A stretch of DNA of 63,640 nucleotides, counting the filler, from Saprolegnia diclina VS20 (Eukaryota), in assembly GCF_000281045.1 (NCBI RefSeq). It is 7 parts of 4 records of this genome, joined end to end, with 100 filler letters (N's around TTAATTAATTAA, not from the genome) between each part and the next. Parts side by side here need not be neighbours in the genome. Positions count along the whole stretch, not along the records: positions 1 to 16,953 come from NW_008246151.1; positions 17,054 to 23,547 come from NW_008246151.1; 5 more parts are not named here. One strand, written 5' to 3'. The notes beneath the pieces were generated by a model that saw only the letters and a list, made by a program, of their open reading frames with translations, made no database searches and was not told the DNA's origin. The position numbers were made by a program, and so were the translations under genes. Below are positions 11,166 through 21,935 of the stretch, one piece after another. Position 1 is the stretch's first letter, and each line of letters starts with the position of its first letter.

Positions 11166-13217
11166 ATGCGAGAGTGGGTACTTGCAGCCACAGCCATTCT
11201 GGTCGTTGCGAACCAATGCAACACCGCCCAGAACGACACCGACTACTGGGGCAACGATTTGTCGACGGCAAGTCAATCGAGCTACGGCGCGTGCTGCAGC
11301 TTGTGCGTCAGTAGCGCCGGATGCACCCACTACGTGTGGAACAGCTACACCAGTATGTGCATTCTCAAGCAAGGCGTGCCAAGGCCAGCCAACTCTGTAC
11401 CCGGCGCGTTTGCCTCCATTTTGTCCCGACCCGCTTCCGACAACGACAAGTGCGACCAAGTGCGAGAAAACACCGACTTTTGGGGCCACGATTTGCACCA
11501 GACGACGCAATATAGCGCTGGCGACTGCTGTACGGACTGCTCCAGCGAGCCGGAGTGCACCCACTACGTCTGGAACAGCAATACCAACACGTGCATTCTC
11601 AAGTATGGTACGCCCAGTCCGAGCAGCACCGTCTTGGGAGCCTACGCCGCCACGGCGAAGTCAACGCCACCGCCCAACGTCGACACGTGTCATTCCGTGC
11701 AAAAAGACACCGACTTCTGGGGCAATGACTTGGAGCAGACGACCCAATACAACTACGGTGCTTGCTGCAGCGAGTGTGCTAGACGTGCTGAGTGTACTCA
11801 CTACGTCTGGAACAGCCACACGACCACGTGCATTCTCAAGCAAGGCATACCCAGCCCAAGCAGCGCTGTCTTGGGAGCCTACGCCGCCACGATGCCAACC
11901 AAGTCCTGCGGCGCCCGAGTCCGCAAGGAGTGGTCGTCGCTCTCTATCAGCGAGCAAAACCTGTACATCGATGCCATCACCAAGGCCAAGACAGTTGGCC
12001 ACCTCGACACTTTCGTCCGCGTCCACCGAAACGACATGACGTTCTACGAGCCGCACGGGTCAACATGCGCGTTCTGGTTCTGGCACCGGCGCTTCCTTCT
12101 CGGGTACGAGCAAATGCTGCGGTCACTCGACCCGACATACGCCTGCATCACGGTACCGTACATCGACTATGCTGGCGCGGCCGCCGCATGGAAAGACAAG
12201 TCGTGCTCCTCCGTCGTCTCGTGCTCGCCGGCGGTTCGAGCCATGTATTCGCTGCCGCCAGCGTTCAGCAATGTAGTGCGTGGGGATTGGACGGAGCACG
12301 GGTTCGGCCCCGCATTCACGCTCGACATGATCAAGCTGAGTTTATTGCCGAGCGACATGAACACGCCGATGATTGCGATCTCGACCAACATTGAGACTGG
12401 CGTGCACAACTCGCTGCACTCTGAACTCGGCGGCGACATGGCCGGGCACTGGTCCAACAACGACCCCCTCTTCTACTTGCACCATGCAACCGTTGATCTG
12501 TTTCAAGTCGTCTATCGCAAGTGTCGGCTCGATGGCGTCGCTCCGACGGACCCGCGCAACTTTGCATCGTGCCAGGTGCAAGCGAGCGGCCCAGGACGCG
12601 ATGGGACCGTCAACGGCGACACGGCCCCGTGGATGCAAGAAGACACCGTCCCGTCGGTGGTCGACGAGGACCCCGCGACGAAGACGTGGTTCCAGGGCAT
12701 TCCCGACACGTACCTGGCGCTCACCGATGCGAGCCAACTTGGGCCGTTCAGCTACACCTACGAATTGCAAGGGTCGTTTGCTGACTTGTACAACCAGTGC
12801 GACAAGGTGGGGACAACGCCGATGCACAGTGGAGTCGCCGAATCGAGCGATGTGACGTCGACATCCATTGAGAAAGCTTGGCGACAGGCGCTCTACGACG
12901 AAGCATTCAACGACAAGATCCCAGCGAACGAGACGAACGATGAAATCGCCAAGGTCACGATCATGCTGTACGACAAATGCATGGGTGGGGTCAATGACTT
13001 CACCGACGATTTCAAGCACACTTGGCACATCATGGAGCCCAAGCCAGCGTTTGAGCAGCTGCAGAGCATTCTCGATGGCACCAACTCGATCCGAATCACG
13101 AACTGGCGCAAAGTCAACTGTGACTATTACCACTGCTGGTGCAATTGCACCGCTACAGCGGATGCCGCGACATTAACGCCAGCAGGTCTGCAAAATATCC
13201 ACTGTGTACATTATTGA
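11166..13217 (+). CDS. Secreted tyrosinase fused to three N-terminal PAN/Apple domains
   Basis: Intronless ORF with a short signal peptide and three repeats of DTD(F/Y)WGNDL...CC..C....CTHYVWNS...CILK. The tyrosinase region has R.RKEW, CuA H...H...F.FWHR and CuB HNSLH...DPLFYLHH. Confidence 0.9.
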   Translation: MREWVLAATAILVVANQCNTAQNDTDYWGNDLSTASQSSYGACCSLCVSSAGCTHYVWNSYTSMCILKQGVPRPANSVPGAFASILSRPASDNDKCDQVRENTDFWGHDLHQTTQYSAGDCCTDCSSEPECTHYVWNSNTNTCILKYGTPSPSSTVLGAYAATAKSTPPPNVDTCHSVQKDTDFWGNDLEQTTQYNYGACCSECARRAECTHYVWNSHTTTCILKQGIPSPSSAVLGAYAATMPTKSCGARVRKEWSSLSISEQNLYIDAITKAKTVGHLDTFVRVHRNDMTFYEPHGSTCAFWFWHRRFLLGYEQMLRSLDPTYACITVPYIDYAGAAAAWKDKSCSSVVSCSPAVRAMYSLPPAFSNVVRGDWTEHGFGPAFTLDMIKLSLLPSDMNTPMIAISTNIETGVHNSLHSELGGDMAGHWSNNDPLFYLHHATVDLFQVVYRKCRLDGVAPTDPRNFASCQVQASGPGRDGTVNGDTAPWMQEDTVPSVVDEDPATKTWFQGIPDTYLALTDASQLGPFSYTYELQGSFADLYNQCDKVGTTPMHSGVAESSDVTSTSIEKAWRQALYDEAFNDKIPANETNDEIAKVTIMLYDKCMGGVNDFTDDFKHTWHIMEPKPAFEQLQSILDGTNSIRITNWRKVNCDYYHCWCNCTATADAATLTPAGLQNIHCVHY

Positions 13218-14524
13218 TATGTGCCATAATTTATCTTGTTATTGCAAACATCCTTGGGTCAACCATTTCACTGTGTGCGAAAACCGCAACGACTTTCTGC
13301 GACGCAGCAGGACCCTTGCACACACGTCATTTGACATCGCAACCACTCAATGCTCAATGCTCAATGCTCTCCTCGTCACGATTTCGATGACTACTTTTCT
13401 CGCCACCTTTGTCCCTGCGATGTTTACACTCGACAGTCGTGCGCACGCAATTGTCGTCCGAGTTGCAGCGCTAGAAGGCTAGTGCCACTGGTAAATGGAC
13501 CACCACTCCACTGAGTTTTCTCCCATGCATCCGAGAGAGACTCGTTTCCGAGCCACCAAGGACCTTTTGATCGCCCGGCTTGAGAAATACCACCCGGAAG
13601 AGTTGTATACGTTAACCAACCAGTGAGCACTCCTCTCGAACGACGCGTCTACACACTTCGTTCGTGGCGGCCGAGGGCCAGCAGGGTTGGCCGCATGTGA
13701 AGGAAACGAACGTTGTCTTGAGGCTCCGGGCTCGCGCACCCAACGTTGTTCATGCCGACGGCTTTTGTCCATACGCCAACTTCCCGTTCACTGGCCAGGA
13801 ATTGAGTTGCCAGAGCTGCCAGAAATCAAAAGTGCGCGTCGAAACTCCGGTCAACTTGCGCGGCGAAGTTGCGCTGCAGGCTGCCATCGACAAGCTGCCC
13901 GCACTATCATGGTCGAGGTTGCCAACAACATGGGGTGCAGCTCCCAAAGAGGCGTCAAGCGCCGGTGCCCCTGTGCTCGTTCCGACCACGTGGTATTGCA
14001 GTAAGCAGAACTGATGACAAACACGACAAGTTCAAGACCTCGAGGCGCGCCGTGAGGTGAGCGCGGATTCATGGACCTCAAGCGGAGCGGGGGGCGGAGC
14101 TTATGCAACATGGCTGATCAAGTCGCGTACCCAGTGTTTATGGCGCCCAAGCCCAGGACCGACCCTTGCAACGGCTGCTATTGTCCAGCAAGGCAGTAGT
14201 CTCGATGATGATGCACACTTCGACAATTCATATTGCGACAAGAATGCCAGCGTCTTTGGCACCTAGTCGTGTGGCGCCTGCGAATACGACTGGCAACTTG
14301 ATGTGTTGAGTGCTTCATGAGTCTGACAACCAATTCTCTCTTGCATCGTGCACAGCGATCGTCACGTGTTGTTGTGTCAAAATGGGTGTTCTGCGACTTT
14401 TCCCAAAGGAAATTATTGGTACCAGGTATTCCTCGAGAATTACTAGTATTTCCGTAACGTCCAATTCATAGGCAGCTAATTATATCTGGAAAAGCCGTCG
14501 TTGTGCGCTCATTTATTTTTGAGC

Positions 14525-16211
14525 ATGCTTGTGCGCGTTCAGTCGGTGCCGGCGGCTGCCTCTAGCGCCGTTGTCTTCCACTGGTGGTCCGTCATCGTCT
14601 CTGCCCTCCTGTTTCTCAATGTCGTGATCATGTTGGTCCGTTTCCGTGTAGCGATCATGCTCACATCTCTGTAGGCCGCTCAAGGCGTACATCTCGGAGC
14701 CGCTTCCATGGGCATTGACGCTGCAAGAGAGCATAAGTGGCTGTACTAGCAACTTTACGGCGTGCGAGGCATCGCTTTTGACTGCTTTTCGCGCTCGCAG
14801 CCGCAGCATGCCCAACGGCACGAGCTACGTATTTGGTAGCACGTTCGATTTGGTGCGACTGCCTCTGACCATCGGCGTCAAATCCAACGAGGACACATCA
14901 TTTCTTCTTCAGACCACGTACGGTCAGTTTTACTCGACGCGCGTGCGTCGAGAAATCCTTGAAGTCGGCGCCCGGCGGCGCAACGCCACAGACTTTCACG
15001 CGCTTCAGGTCTCGCGCATGGCGGGCGTGGTTGCTGCCTACACCATCTTTTGGACCGACGTCAGCATCACCGAGAGCCCATCTGAGATACATCTGTACGT
15101 CGGTATGCAATTACCCTCCTACTCCGCAGCGTGGCACTGGAGCAAGTTTCTCGGACGTTGTTGTATGGCTGGTGCTCTCGCCTGGCTCATGTGGCGGCGC
15201 TACTATCGTCACTTTGTGCACTTAGCGAAGAGCTTGCGCCGGGTGGGCCTCCCTATCACAGCGCCCAAGCAGCGCTATTACGTGATTGTTGGGGATCCAA
15301 CGAGCCTTGTGCTCTCGGAACCAATCCTGTGCGGTTTGTTCATTTGCGATTTCTTTGTCAGTTCCGATTTTGCCTCCCGCGCCCTGGTGCGTATTTGCCA
15401 GACGCACGACTGGGTCGCCTTTCTCACAGCGAGCTTGTACCTCTCGCGGACCGTCTGGTGTGGGTATGCATCGATGGCTCTCGTATCCAAGGTGCTCCAA
15501 AAATACCCGTCGCTCGCATTCGAGCCCGTGGACCCGGGCATCTTGGCAGTCGTGATCTTCGTAGTCGCGGGGCCCGTCACGTATCTCCAGTCTCGAAGCT
15601 TGCTCGTTATCACTATTTACACCGCGATCGACTCGTGCCTGCTCTCAGAACGCGGTCAAGAAGAGGGTACCGAGGGGTTACTCGGCGCCGTCTTTTTCGT
15701 CACTGTCTTTGCATCGCTGCCGCTTCTTTATGGGTTTGGTATGCCTCTCTTGAGCCGCTTTTGGCGTCGTGGGCAAGTAGCTCCGGGACCACGCATTGCG
15801 GCGAAAACCATGAGCTCGATCCTCGGTGGTGCCTTCGATACGAACGACGCCAAGCATCGGTGGCTCCTCCGCTTGAATCTTCTCGTATTTCGCGCCTCGA
15901 TCAAGACAACAGGGTTTCAATCGACAGGCGGCAGTCTAAACGCGCTCTTCGCCACCGACGCTTGCTACAAGCGGCACCGGGGTATCAGTCAAACGGGAAC
16001 CGACGCCTACATTCTCTATGTAGCGACGTCGGCGGATGCAATCAACGGGCGATGGACGAGCGCTCGACTTGGTCTGCTTTCGTGCGCGCACACGCTGCCA
16101 ATGATGTGCGACGCCACCAAGATGCCACTCGCGTGCGCCGTCAGCTGGCTCGAGCTCCATCCGTCGATATTACTACATCACGGCGTCGATGCGTCGCCAT
16201 GGGTTATGTAA
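14525..16211 (+). CDS. Multi-pass transmembrane protein of an oomycete-expanded family
   Basis: ATG 14525, a short intron at ~14635-14674 (LNVVIM/PLKAYISEPLPW), then the long ORF with hydrophobic segments and motifs GDPTSLVL and YLSRTVW. Confidence 0.75.
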
Positions 16212-16953
16212 TAGCTCCAGTACAATGCAATACTGGTAGGAACCTCTGGTGAAACCAGCCCACCGAGGAGTACATGTAATTGTCTGTCGGTCTAACTCAG
16301 GGTCCGCGTGCAATGATTGGTAGAAATTCGAAAGATACTTTCTTCGCGGGGTGTCGCTGAAGCTATTTCCCATTGGTCAAAATTGCATGACACAACTTAT
16401 GTATCCAACGTCATTGCGCCATGCCGCTCGAGCCCTGTGGCGCTGCTCCGGGGATGTCTGTATGCATCACCATAAAAGCATGCACGCAGGCGAGCAAGGC
16501 CCCTAAAGAGAAGGCTGTGCGGCTCCGAAAGCAGCGCCAGCGCAAGGCCGACGCACGCGCCGCTCAGAAAGCGAGCGAGACGCCGTCGCAGAAGGCTGAG
16601 TGAGCAGCTTCCGATTCCTCAACGACACCATCGTCCGCTCGGTCGACGACGACTGCACCATCCCGGAGATCGGTGTCTCCGCGACCATTGCTATAATGTC
16701 TAGTTTTCGAAGTCATCGAAAACGGTGGCATGACTGGGATCTGCCACTCCCTTGAACCAGCACCAGAGGCAAGAGCCTTGCCACGCTGGTTGACACCGTT
16801 TATACTGGCACACACAACTACAGCGTATTAGGTGTCAGTCCCATGCGCGTGGTCAAATCAATAGGACTGCATCGTTGCGACTACCGTCAATCACGACACG
16901 TACAGTACCTCGTGTGCGACCCACTTAGTCATAATGAAACACGACCTATTTGA

Positions 16954-17053
16954 NNNNNNNNNNNNNNNNNNNNNNNNNNNNNNNNNNNNNNNNNNNNTTA
17001 ATTAATTAANNNNNNNNNNNNNNNNNNNNNNNNNNNNNNNNNNNNNNNNNNNN
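16954..17053. other. Artificial contig-joining linker (N44-TTAATTAATTAA-N44)
   Basis: All-frame stop spacer, identical at six sites. Confidence 0.97.
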
Positions 17054-17501
17054 AATTGGACGGCACACCGACGACTTTGCGTAGAAGACTGTTATTTGTA
17101 TGGTAAACGGCCACTGGGCAAACTATGGCTTCAAGCTATTGCTTTCCAACACAGGCTGAATAGCTCTGTATTGTTGGTGTTGGGTAGAGTGCTGAGTAAA
17201 GTGTTCTGAAAGGTAGCAATCAGTCTACACGTACAGAGACGATGACGGCAAGCAAACCGCGGTGACCACCGTGTCGCGAGGTGGAGCGACAATCTTGCAC
17301 ATGCGTACCGTTACGGAAAACTAGCACCAGGTCTAGTACCTGTGCAGGGACGTTCGCCCCGTCGGATGCACAGGTACACCTCAGAGGTATGAGACTTTGT
17401 ACAAGCCCTATGATTGGTTAAAATGTATCTGGCAGTATCCAATCCAAATGGGACCTGGTGTTAGCCAATGGCCTTTCAGACGACGGCACGAGCGGTGCAG
17501 C

Positions 17502-18422
17502 ATGAATCGGTACGCGATCGGCGCCAAGCTTGGCGAGGGTACGTACGGTAACGTATATGCGGCCGTGCACAAGGTGTCGGGTGCCCATGTGGCCATCAAG
17601 GAGTTCAAGCGCGGCAAGTTCAAGGACGGCGTCAACTTCACGGCCGTACGCGAAGTCAAGCTCCAGACTGAGCTGCGCCATCCCAACGTCACGCGGCTCC
17701 TCGATGCCTTCGTGCACAACGACACTGTCAACGTTGTTTTCGAGATCCTGCCCAAGAATCTCGACGACGTCATTAAGGACAAGAGCATCGTCCTCTCGCG
17801 CGGCGACGTCAAGGCCTACATGCAGATGCTCCTACGGGGCGTCGCCCACCTGCATGCGCACTGGATTCTTCACCGCGATCTCAAGCCAGAAAACTTGCTC
17901 ATCGGTGGCGATGGTCAGATCAAGCTGGCCGATTTCGGTCTCGCGCGCATGTATGGGAGCCCGAACCGCAATATGACGTCCGAGGTCTGCACGATCTGGT
18001 ACCGCCCACCCGAGCTGCTCTTTGGCGCACGCGAGTACAGTGGTGCGGTTGATGTGTGGGGAGTCGGCTGCATCTTTGCCGAGCTCTTGTTGCGAACACC
18101 GTTCCTCACCGGCATGACGGAGCTGGATCAGCTCGGTCGCATGTTTCATGCGCTCGGGACACCGACGGAAGAGTCGTGGCCGGGAATGACAGCGCTGCCC
18201 AACTACATCGAGTTCACGCCGAGTAAGGCGCCGCCGCTTGCGTCGCTTTTTACAGCCGCGTCCGAAGACGCGCTCGACCTCCTCCGGCAGCTCCTCCTCT
18301 TCAATCCCTCAGAGCGCATCACGGCCGCGGCCGCCCTCGAGCACGCGTACTTCAAGTCTGCGCCCGAACCCACGCAACCCGAGAAGCTTCCGTACTCGCA
18401 AGCCACTGCGTCCGATGCCTAA
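17502..18422 (+). CDS. CDK7: Cyclin-dependent kinase 7 (CAK/TFIIH kinase)
   Basis: GEGTYG loop, NFTAVRE helix (CDK7-type NRTALRE/NFTALRE), HRDLKPEN, DFGLA, T-loop GSPNRNMT. Confidence 0.88.
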   Translation: MNRYAIGAKLGEGTYGNVYAAVHKVSGAHVAIKEFKRGKFKDGVNFTAVREVKLQTELRHPNVTRLLDAFVHNDTVNVVFEILPKNLDDVIKDKSIVLSRGDVKAYMQMLLRGVAHLHAHWILHRDLKPENLLIGGDGQIKLADFGLARMYGSPNRNMTSEVCTIWYRPPELLFGAREYSGAVDVWGVGCIFAELLLRTPFLTGMTELDQLGRMFHALGTPTEESWPGMTALPNYIEFTPSKAPPLASLFTAASEDALDLLRQLLLFNPSERITAAAALEHAYFKSAPEPTQPEKLPYSQATASDA

Positions 18423-18557
18423 TGCGCTTCAATACATGACGCATACCGCTATGCGACTTGTTTCTCTATTGCGTGGGTTGACATTTTGATGGTGCCTGAA
18501 GCTGCTTACAAGAGGCAACGCAGTACTCCTTGAAACTCGTTGATGTTTTTCGAAATC

Positions 18558-20870
18558 TTAAGCCCGCCGGTCGGTGCTGACGAGCGACGAAACGTAGCCG
18601 TTGAAATCGAGCTGCGCCATGAGCTCGCGAGCGTTGGTCTGGTTGAGAACGGTAAAGAGCAGGCGGCAGTGGTCGCGAAAGGTCGGAAGGAGGTCACTGG
18701 GGGCCTGCACGAAGCGCCCGACGGTCTCGAGCACCCGATCGAGCGCCGCCATGACGGCCGTTGCGTGCACAAAACACTTTTTCCCGACGCCAGCGACGAA
18801 GGTCGCATGGGCGCGCTGGACAACATCAAAGTCAGTTGTCGCCGAGATCGTCGCCAGCAGCGTCTCGAACGAGGCTTCGACGACTGACACGTGGAAGTAG
18901 AGAAGCAAGTGGTGCAACACAAACGTCATCTCATGACGCGTAAGGCAGTCACGGTGCACTCCCGCAACATTGAGGTGATTGAGCGTATAAAGTAGCCGCT
19001 TGAGACGGAAGAAGACGCGGAAGACGTCAGCGTAGCTCTTCAAAAGCGACGACGGAAAGAGCAGCTGTCGGTAGCGCAGTGACGGTGACGGCGTCAGCAT
19101 AAGCGTCACATAGCGCCAAGGGTCGGCCACGGGGGCGGTCGCGAAGCTCCAGTGATGTACTTGCACAGCGGGGGCAAGACCGAGACCAAGAACGACCGGT
19201 GAGGCCTCCTTGCGCCGTGGAAGCGGGATCTCAAAAACTGGGCTCACATCACGCACACAGAGAAGCATACCGGGTTCGCCTCGAGTCGGGAGACATAGCG
19301 TGAATGCGACGTCGAGCGTCCAAATACCCGACATAGGAAGCTCGATGCTTTCTGCAGACCGAAACAGGGGCGTGCTGCCGACTTTCGAGTCGAGTACCCT
19401 CAGAGTCGCAGTAGACGTCGCCATTGACGCTTGAGTGACTGTCGTTGCCAGCACCACCTCGACAGCGAGTGTGGGTACCGCCCCTGACACTGCGAGTCCT
19501 GACGTCGGTGTCCAGCTCGGTGGTGCCACGTCGCTCGGAGCATCCGTGTCGGCAATGAGAACACTAAGGCCTTGAACGACCGAAGTCATTGGCGACGCAA
19601 TCGAGAACGTCACTGAGATAGACGCGGCGCTACCCTGCACGTACTGGGCATGGGGCCAGTAGCCGATGCCGTACGTTGGACCCGAGCACTCAAGGCCGCC
19701 AGCGTCGCTCGTCACACCCTCCGAAACAAGTCCCGAGAACGTCCGCGTGTCAAAGTTCTGCACGGGTACCTTGAGCGCGATGAAGTACTTGTCTGCGTCG
19801 TCGTCGTCGTCCGTGCGCATTGACGTGTCGTACTGCCGGAGAAGCGGGGCCCACAAGCCGTGGTGCAGGTCAGTCTCGGACCGAGCGTGCGGCGGCGTGC
19901 GCATGATCGGGTCCATCGCTTCGAGCAGCGCGTTGAAGAGCGCGCCGTCGCCACACAGAAAGAACGCCTTCATGCGGTACAGTGCGGGCACAAACTTGGC
20001 CGAAGAGAGTACATGCATGTAGAGCTCGCTCGCGACCTTGGCCCGCAGCGCGCTAACGCTAGACGCGAATGCGAACGAGTCCCATACATCGGGCGGCGTC
20101 TGCAGAAGGTGCGCGATATCGGCCTGAAGGGCCAGCGCTGAAACCAAGGAGGTCTCCCGTACAGTGCGCATCGCGTTGCCAACAAAGAGGACATCTTCGC
20201 AGACGGTGGCTGGCCAGTAGCGTAGCGGCGCGCGGGCCAGCGCGAGCGCAAAGCTGCTAGCGTCAGCCACGATGAAGAACTCTTCGTACGGATCCACAAG
20301 GTTCGAGCCGGAGACCATCCAGGCGAGCATTTGGCGAAAGAGCACACGGTGCAAAGCGGTGAGGAGGCGCCGAGCCACTTGCTGAAGGCTCGGGATACCT
20401 TGCGTTTCATGTGCCTTGATAAGCTCGAGGACGTCTTTGCCCCGCAGCGTTCGGACTTGCTGAATAAGGCGCAAGAGAAACGGGAATGTGTCGAGTTCGG
20501 TCGCGAGCTCGACTTGCAAGTACGCAAGCGGCAATGTTCGCGTGCTTGCCTTGGAGAGAACGACAGCCTCGAGCTCAGCGATATGGCGCTCGTACTCGCG
20601 GAGGACCGTACCAATCGCGTGCTGCAGCGCGTGCCGATACAAGCTGTGGCTGGCCGCGACCGCGGGCACCGGTGCGAGTGGCGCCGCGAAGGCTGCGATG
20701 TGCTTGTACGCGTGACCCACACGTAGCACCTGGAGCAATATCGCGCGGTCCGCGACCGAGAGCAGCGAAGGACAGTAGTTGGCGTCGATGAGGAAGCTTT
20801 CGCCGGACGGTTCCTCAACGACGACCTCGCCCGTGACGCCGATGAGCGCGAGGAACACCTCGTGGTGCAT
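18558..20870 (-). CDS. GCP4: Gamma-tubulin complex component 4 with internal beta-rich insertion
   Basis: N-terminus MHHEVFLALIGVTG is typical of GCP4. GRIP motifs QMLAWMVSG...DPYEEFFI, KAFFLCGDG and TDFDVVQRAH are present. Confidence 0.82.
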   Translation of the reverse strand: MHHEVFLALIGVTGEVVVEEPSGESFLIDANYCPSLLSVADRAILLQVLRVGHAYKHIAAFAAPLAPVPAVAASHSLYRHALQHAIGTVLREYERHIAELEAVVLSKASTRTLPLAYLQVELATELDTFPFLLRLIQQVRTLRGKDVLELIKAHETQGIPSLQQVARRLLTALHRVLFRQMLAWMVSGSNLVDPYEEFFIVADASSFALALARAPLRYWPATVCEDVLFVGNAMRTVRETSLVSALALQADIAHLLQTPPDVWDSFAFASSVSALRAKVASELYMHVLSSAKFVPALYRMKAFFLCGDGALFNALLEAMDPIMRTPPHARSETDLHHGLWAPLLRQYDTSMRTDDDDDADKYFIALKVPVQNFDTRTFSGLVSEGVTSDAGGLECSGPTYGIGYWPHAQYVQGSAASISVTFSIASPMTSVVQGLSVLIADTDAPSDVAPPSWTPTSGLAVSGAVPTLAVEVVLATTVTQASMATSTATLRVLDSKVGSTPLFRSAESIELPMSGIWTLDVAFTLCLPTRGEPGMLLCVRDVSPVFEIPLPRRKEASPVVLGLGLAPAVQVHHWSFATAPVADPWRYVTLMLTPSPSLRYRQLLFPSSLLKSYADVFRVFFRLKRLLYTLNHLNVAGVHRDCLTRHEMTFVLHHLLLYFHVSVVEASFETLLATISATTDFDVVQRAHATFVAGVGKKCFVHATAVMAALDRVLETVGRFVQAPSDLLPTFRDHCRLLFTVLNQTNARELMAQLDFNGYVSSLVSTDRRA

Positions 20871-21058
20871 CTTGGATTCGGCGAAATTTGTTTTAGTGGG
20901 CCCGGGTGGGGGTCCCTCCAAAATGGCGTTTTTCATTCGGACGATCGAGAATTACCGGTGCAGCCGTCTCTGAGGTCTGTTTTTCGCCCTTTATGAGCCT
21001 TCAATAAACAAGGCGTAGGGAAAGGTTGGACAGTTTAGTACATTGCAAGTCTAGTTTG

Positions 21059-21935
21059 TCAGACGATTTCGCTGGGCGGGCGGGCGTTGGGCCGCGCCGG
21101 TGCATTCCCAAAGGCCATGCCACCAAGTGTCGAGAGGATCGTTGAGCCGGTAGATGACTGCAACGCTTCCAGTGCACCTGAGGCCATCATCGATTTCATC
21201 TTGTTCTTGGCATCTGCGCTTGCTGTGTCAGAGATAAATCCAAGGCACATGAGGGACAGTACCCTTGCTGCATTTGGTGTAGCCGACAATGTTGGCCGCC
21301 GAGAGCATGAGTGCCACGATTGCAATAAGCGCCCACTCGAGGTTGAACTTGAGCACTGCGATGAGTAGGAAAAGCACCCAGACGCCGGGTGCGCCGTAGA
21401 GGCCAGTCCAAAAGACCTTGGCGTCGAGCGGGTCCAGTTCCGTCATGTCCTCGTGCGACTCGAAGATCCACTCACTCGTACCGTCTTCGTTGACGCGGTT
21501 CCACCAGCGAAGACCCACAAGGAGGCGACCCGAGACGTTCTACGCACAAGCTCCAAGATCACCCCATGGCATGCATCGTACCTTGACAGTCCAAAAGTCA
21601 AACGCCAGCAGCAGGATGCAGATGACGAAGACAAAGACAAAGCTGTTGGAGAAGATGCCACCAAAGAGATAGGCGAGCAGCGCAAGCGCCTTAAAGAGCA
21701 CGTGGAACACGGCGGCGACAGGGTGCTTGGCCTGACGCACGCTTGCCGTGACGCTGCCAAGCCTAGGTCAAAGTTGACGCGAGTGCGACCGAGAGAATCC
21801 TTACAGCGTGGCAGAGGCCTGGGGAGACGCTGGCGCCGACGACGACGCGGTGGTTGCGCGGGACCGGGGCGATGACACCGTCGGCTCGTCCACCTCGATG
21901 AACTCGAGCGCCTTGCTCTTCTCGCCACTGCTCAT
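21059..21935 (-). CDS. TVP23: Golgi apparatus membrane protein TVP23 (DUF846), multi-exon
   Basis: HPVAAVFHVLFK, LLAFDFWTVK/NVSGRLLVGLRWWNRVNEDGTSEWIFES, ANIVGYTKC, spread across short introns. Confidence 0.9.

Noticed and set aside
13347..13369. TCAATGC x3 microrepeat
   Set aside because: Trivial short tandem repeat with no supporting context.
13480..14266. Short coding-like frames downstream of the tyrosinase
   Set aside because: Fragmented, with no family recognised; at most an unassignable relic.
16421..16603. Basic peptide RKQRQRK...ASETPSQKAE resembling Helitron N-terminal repeats
   Set aside because: Too short, stop-terminated and without Rep/helicase motifs nearby.
16998..17009. 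TTAATTAATTAA as a biological repeat, CRISPR repeat or piggyBac site
   Set aside because: It is always centred in identical 100-nt N blocks and is an artificial all-frame stop linker.
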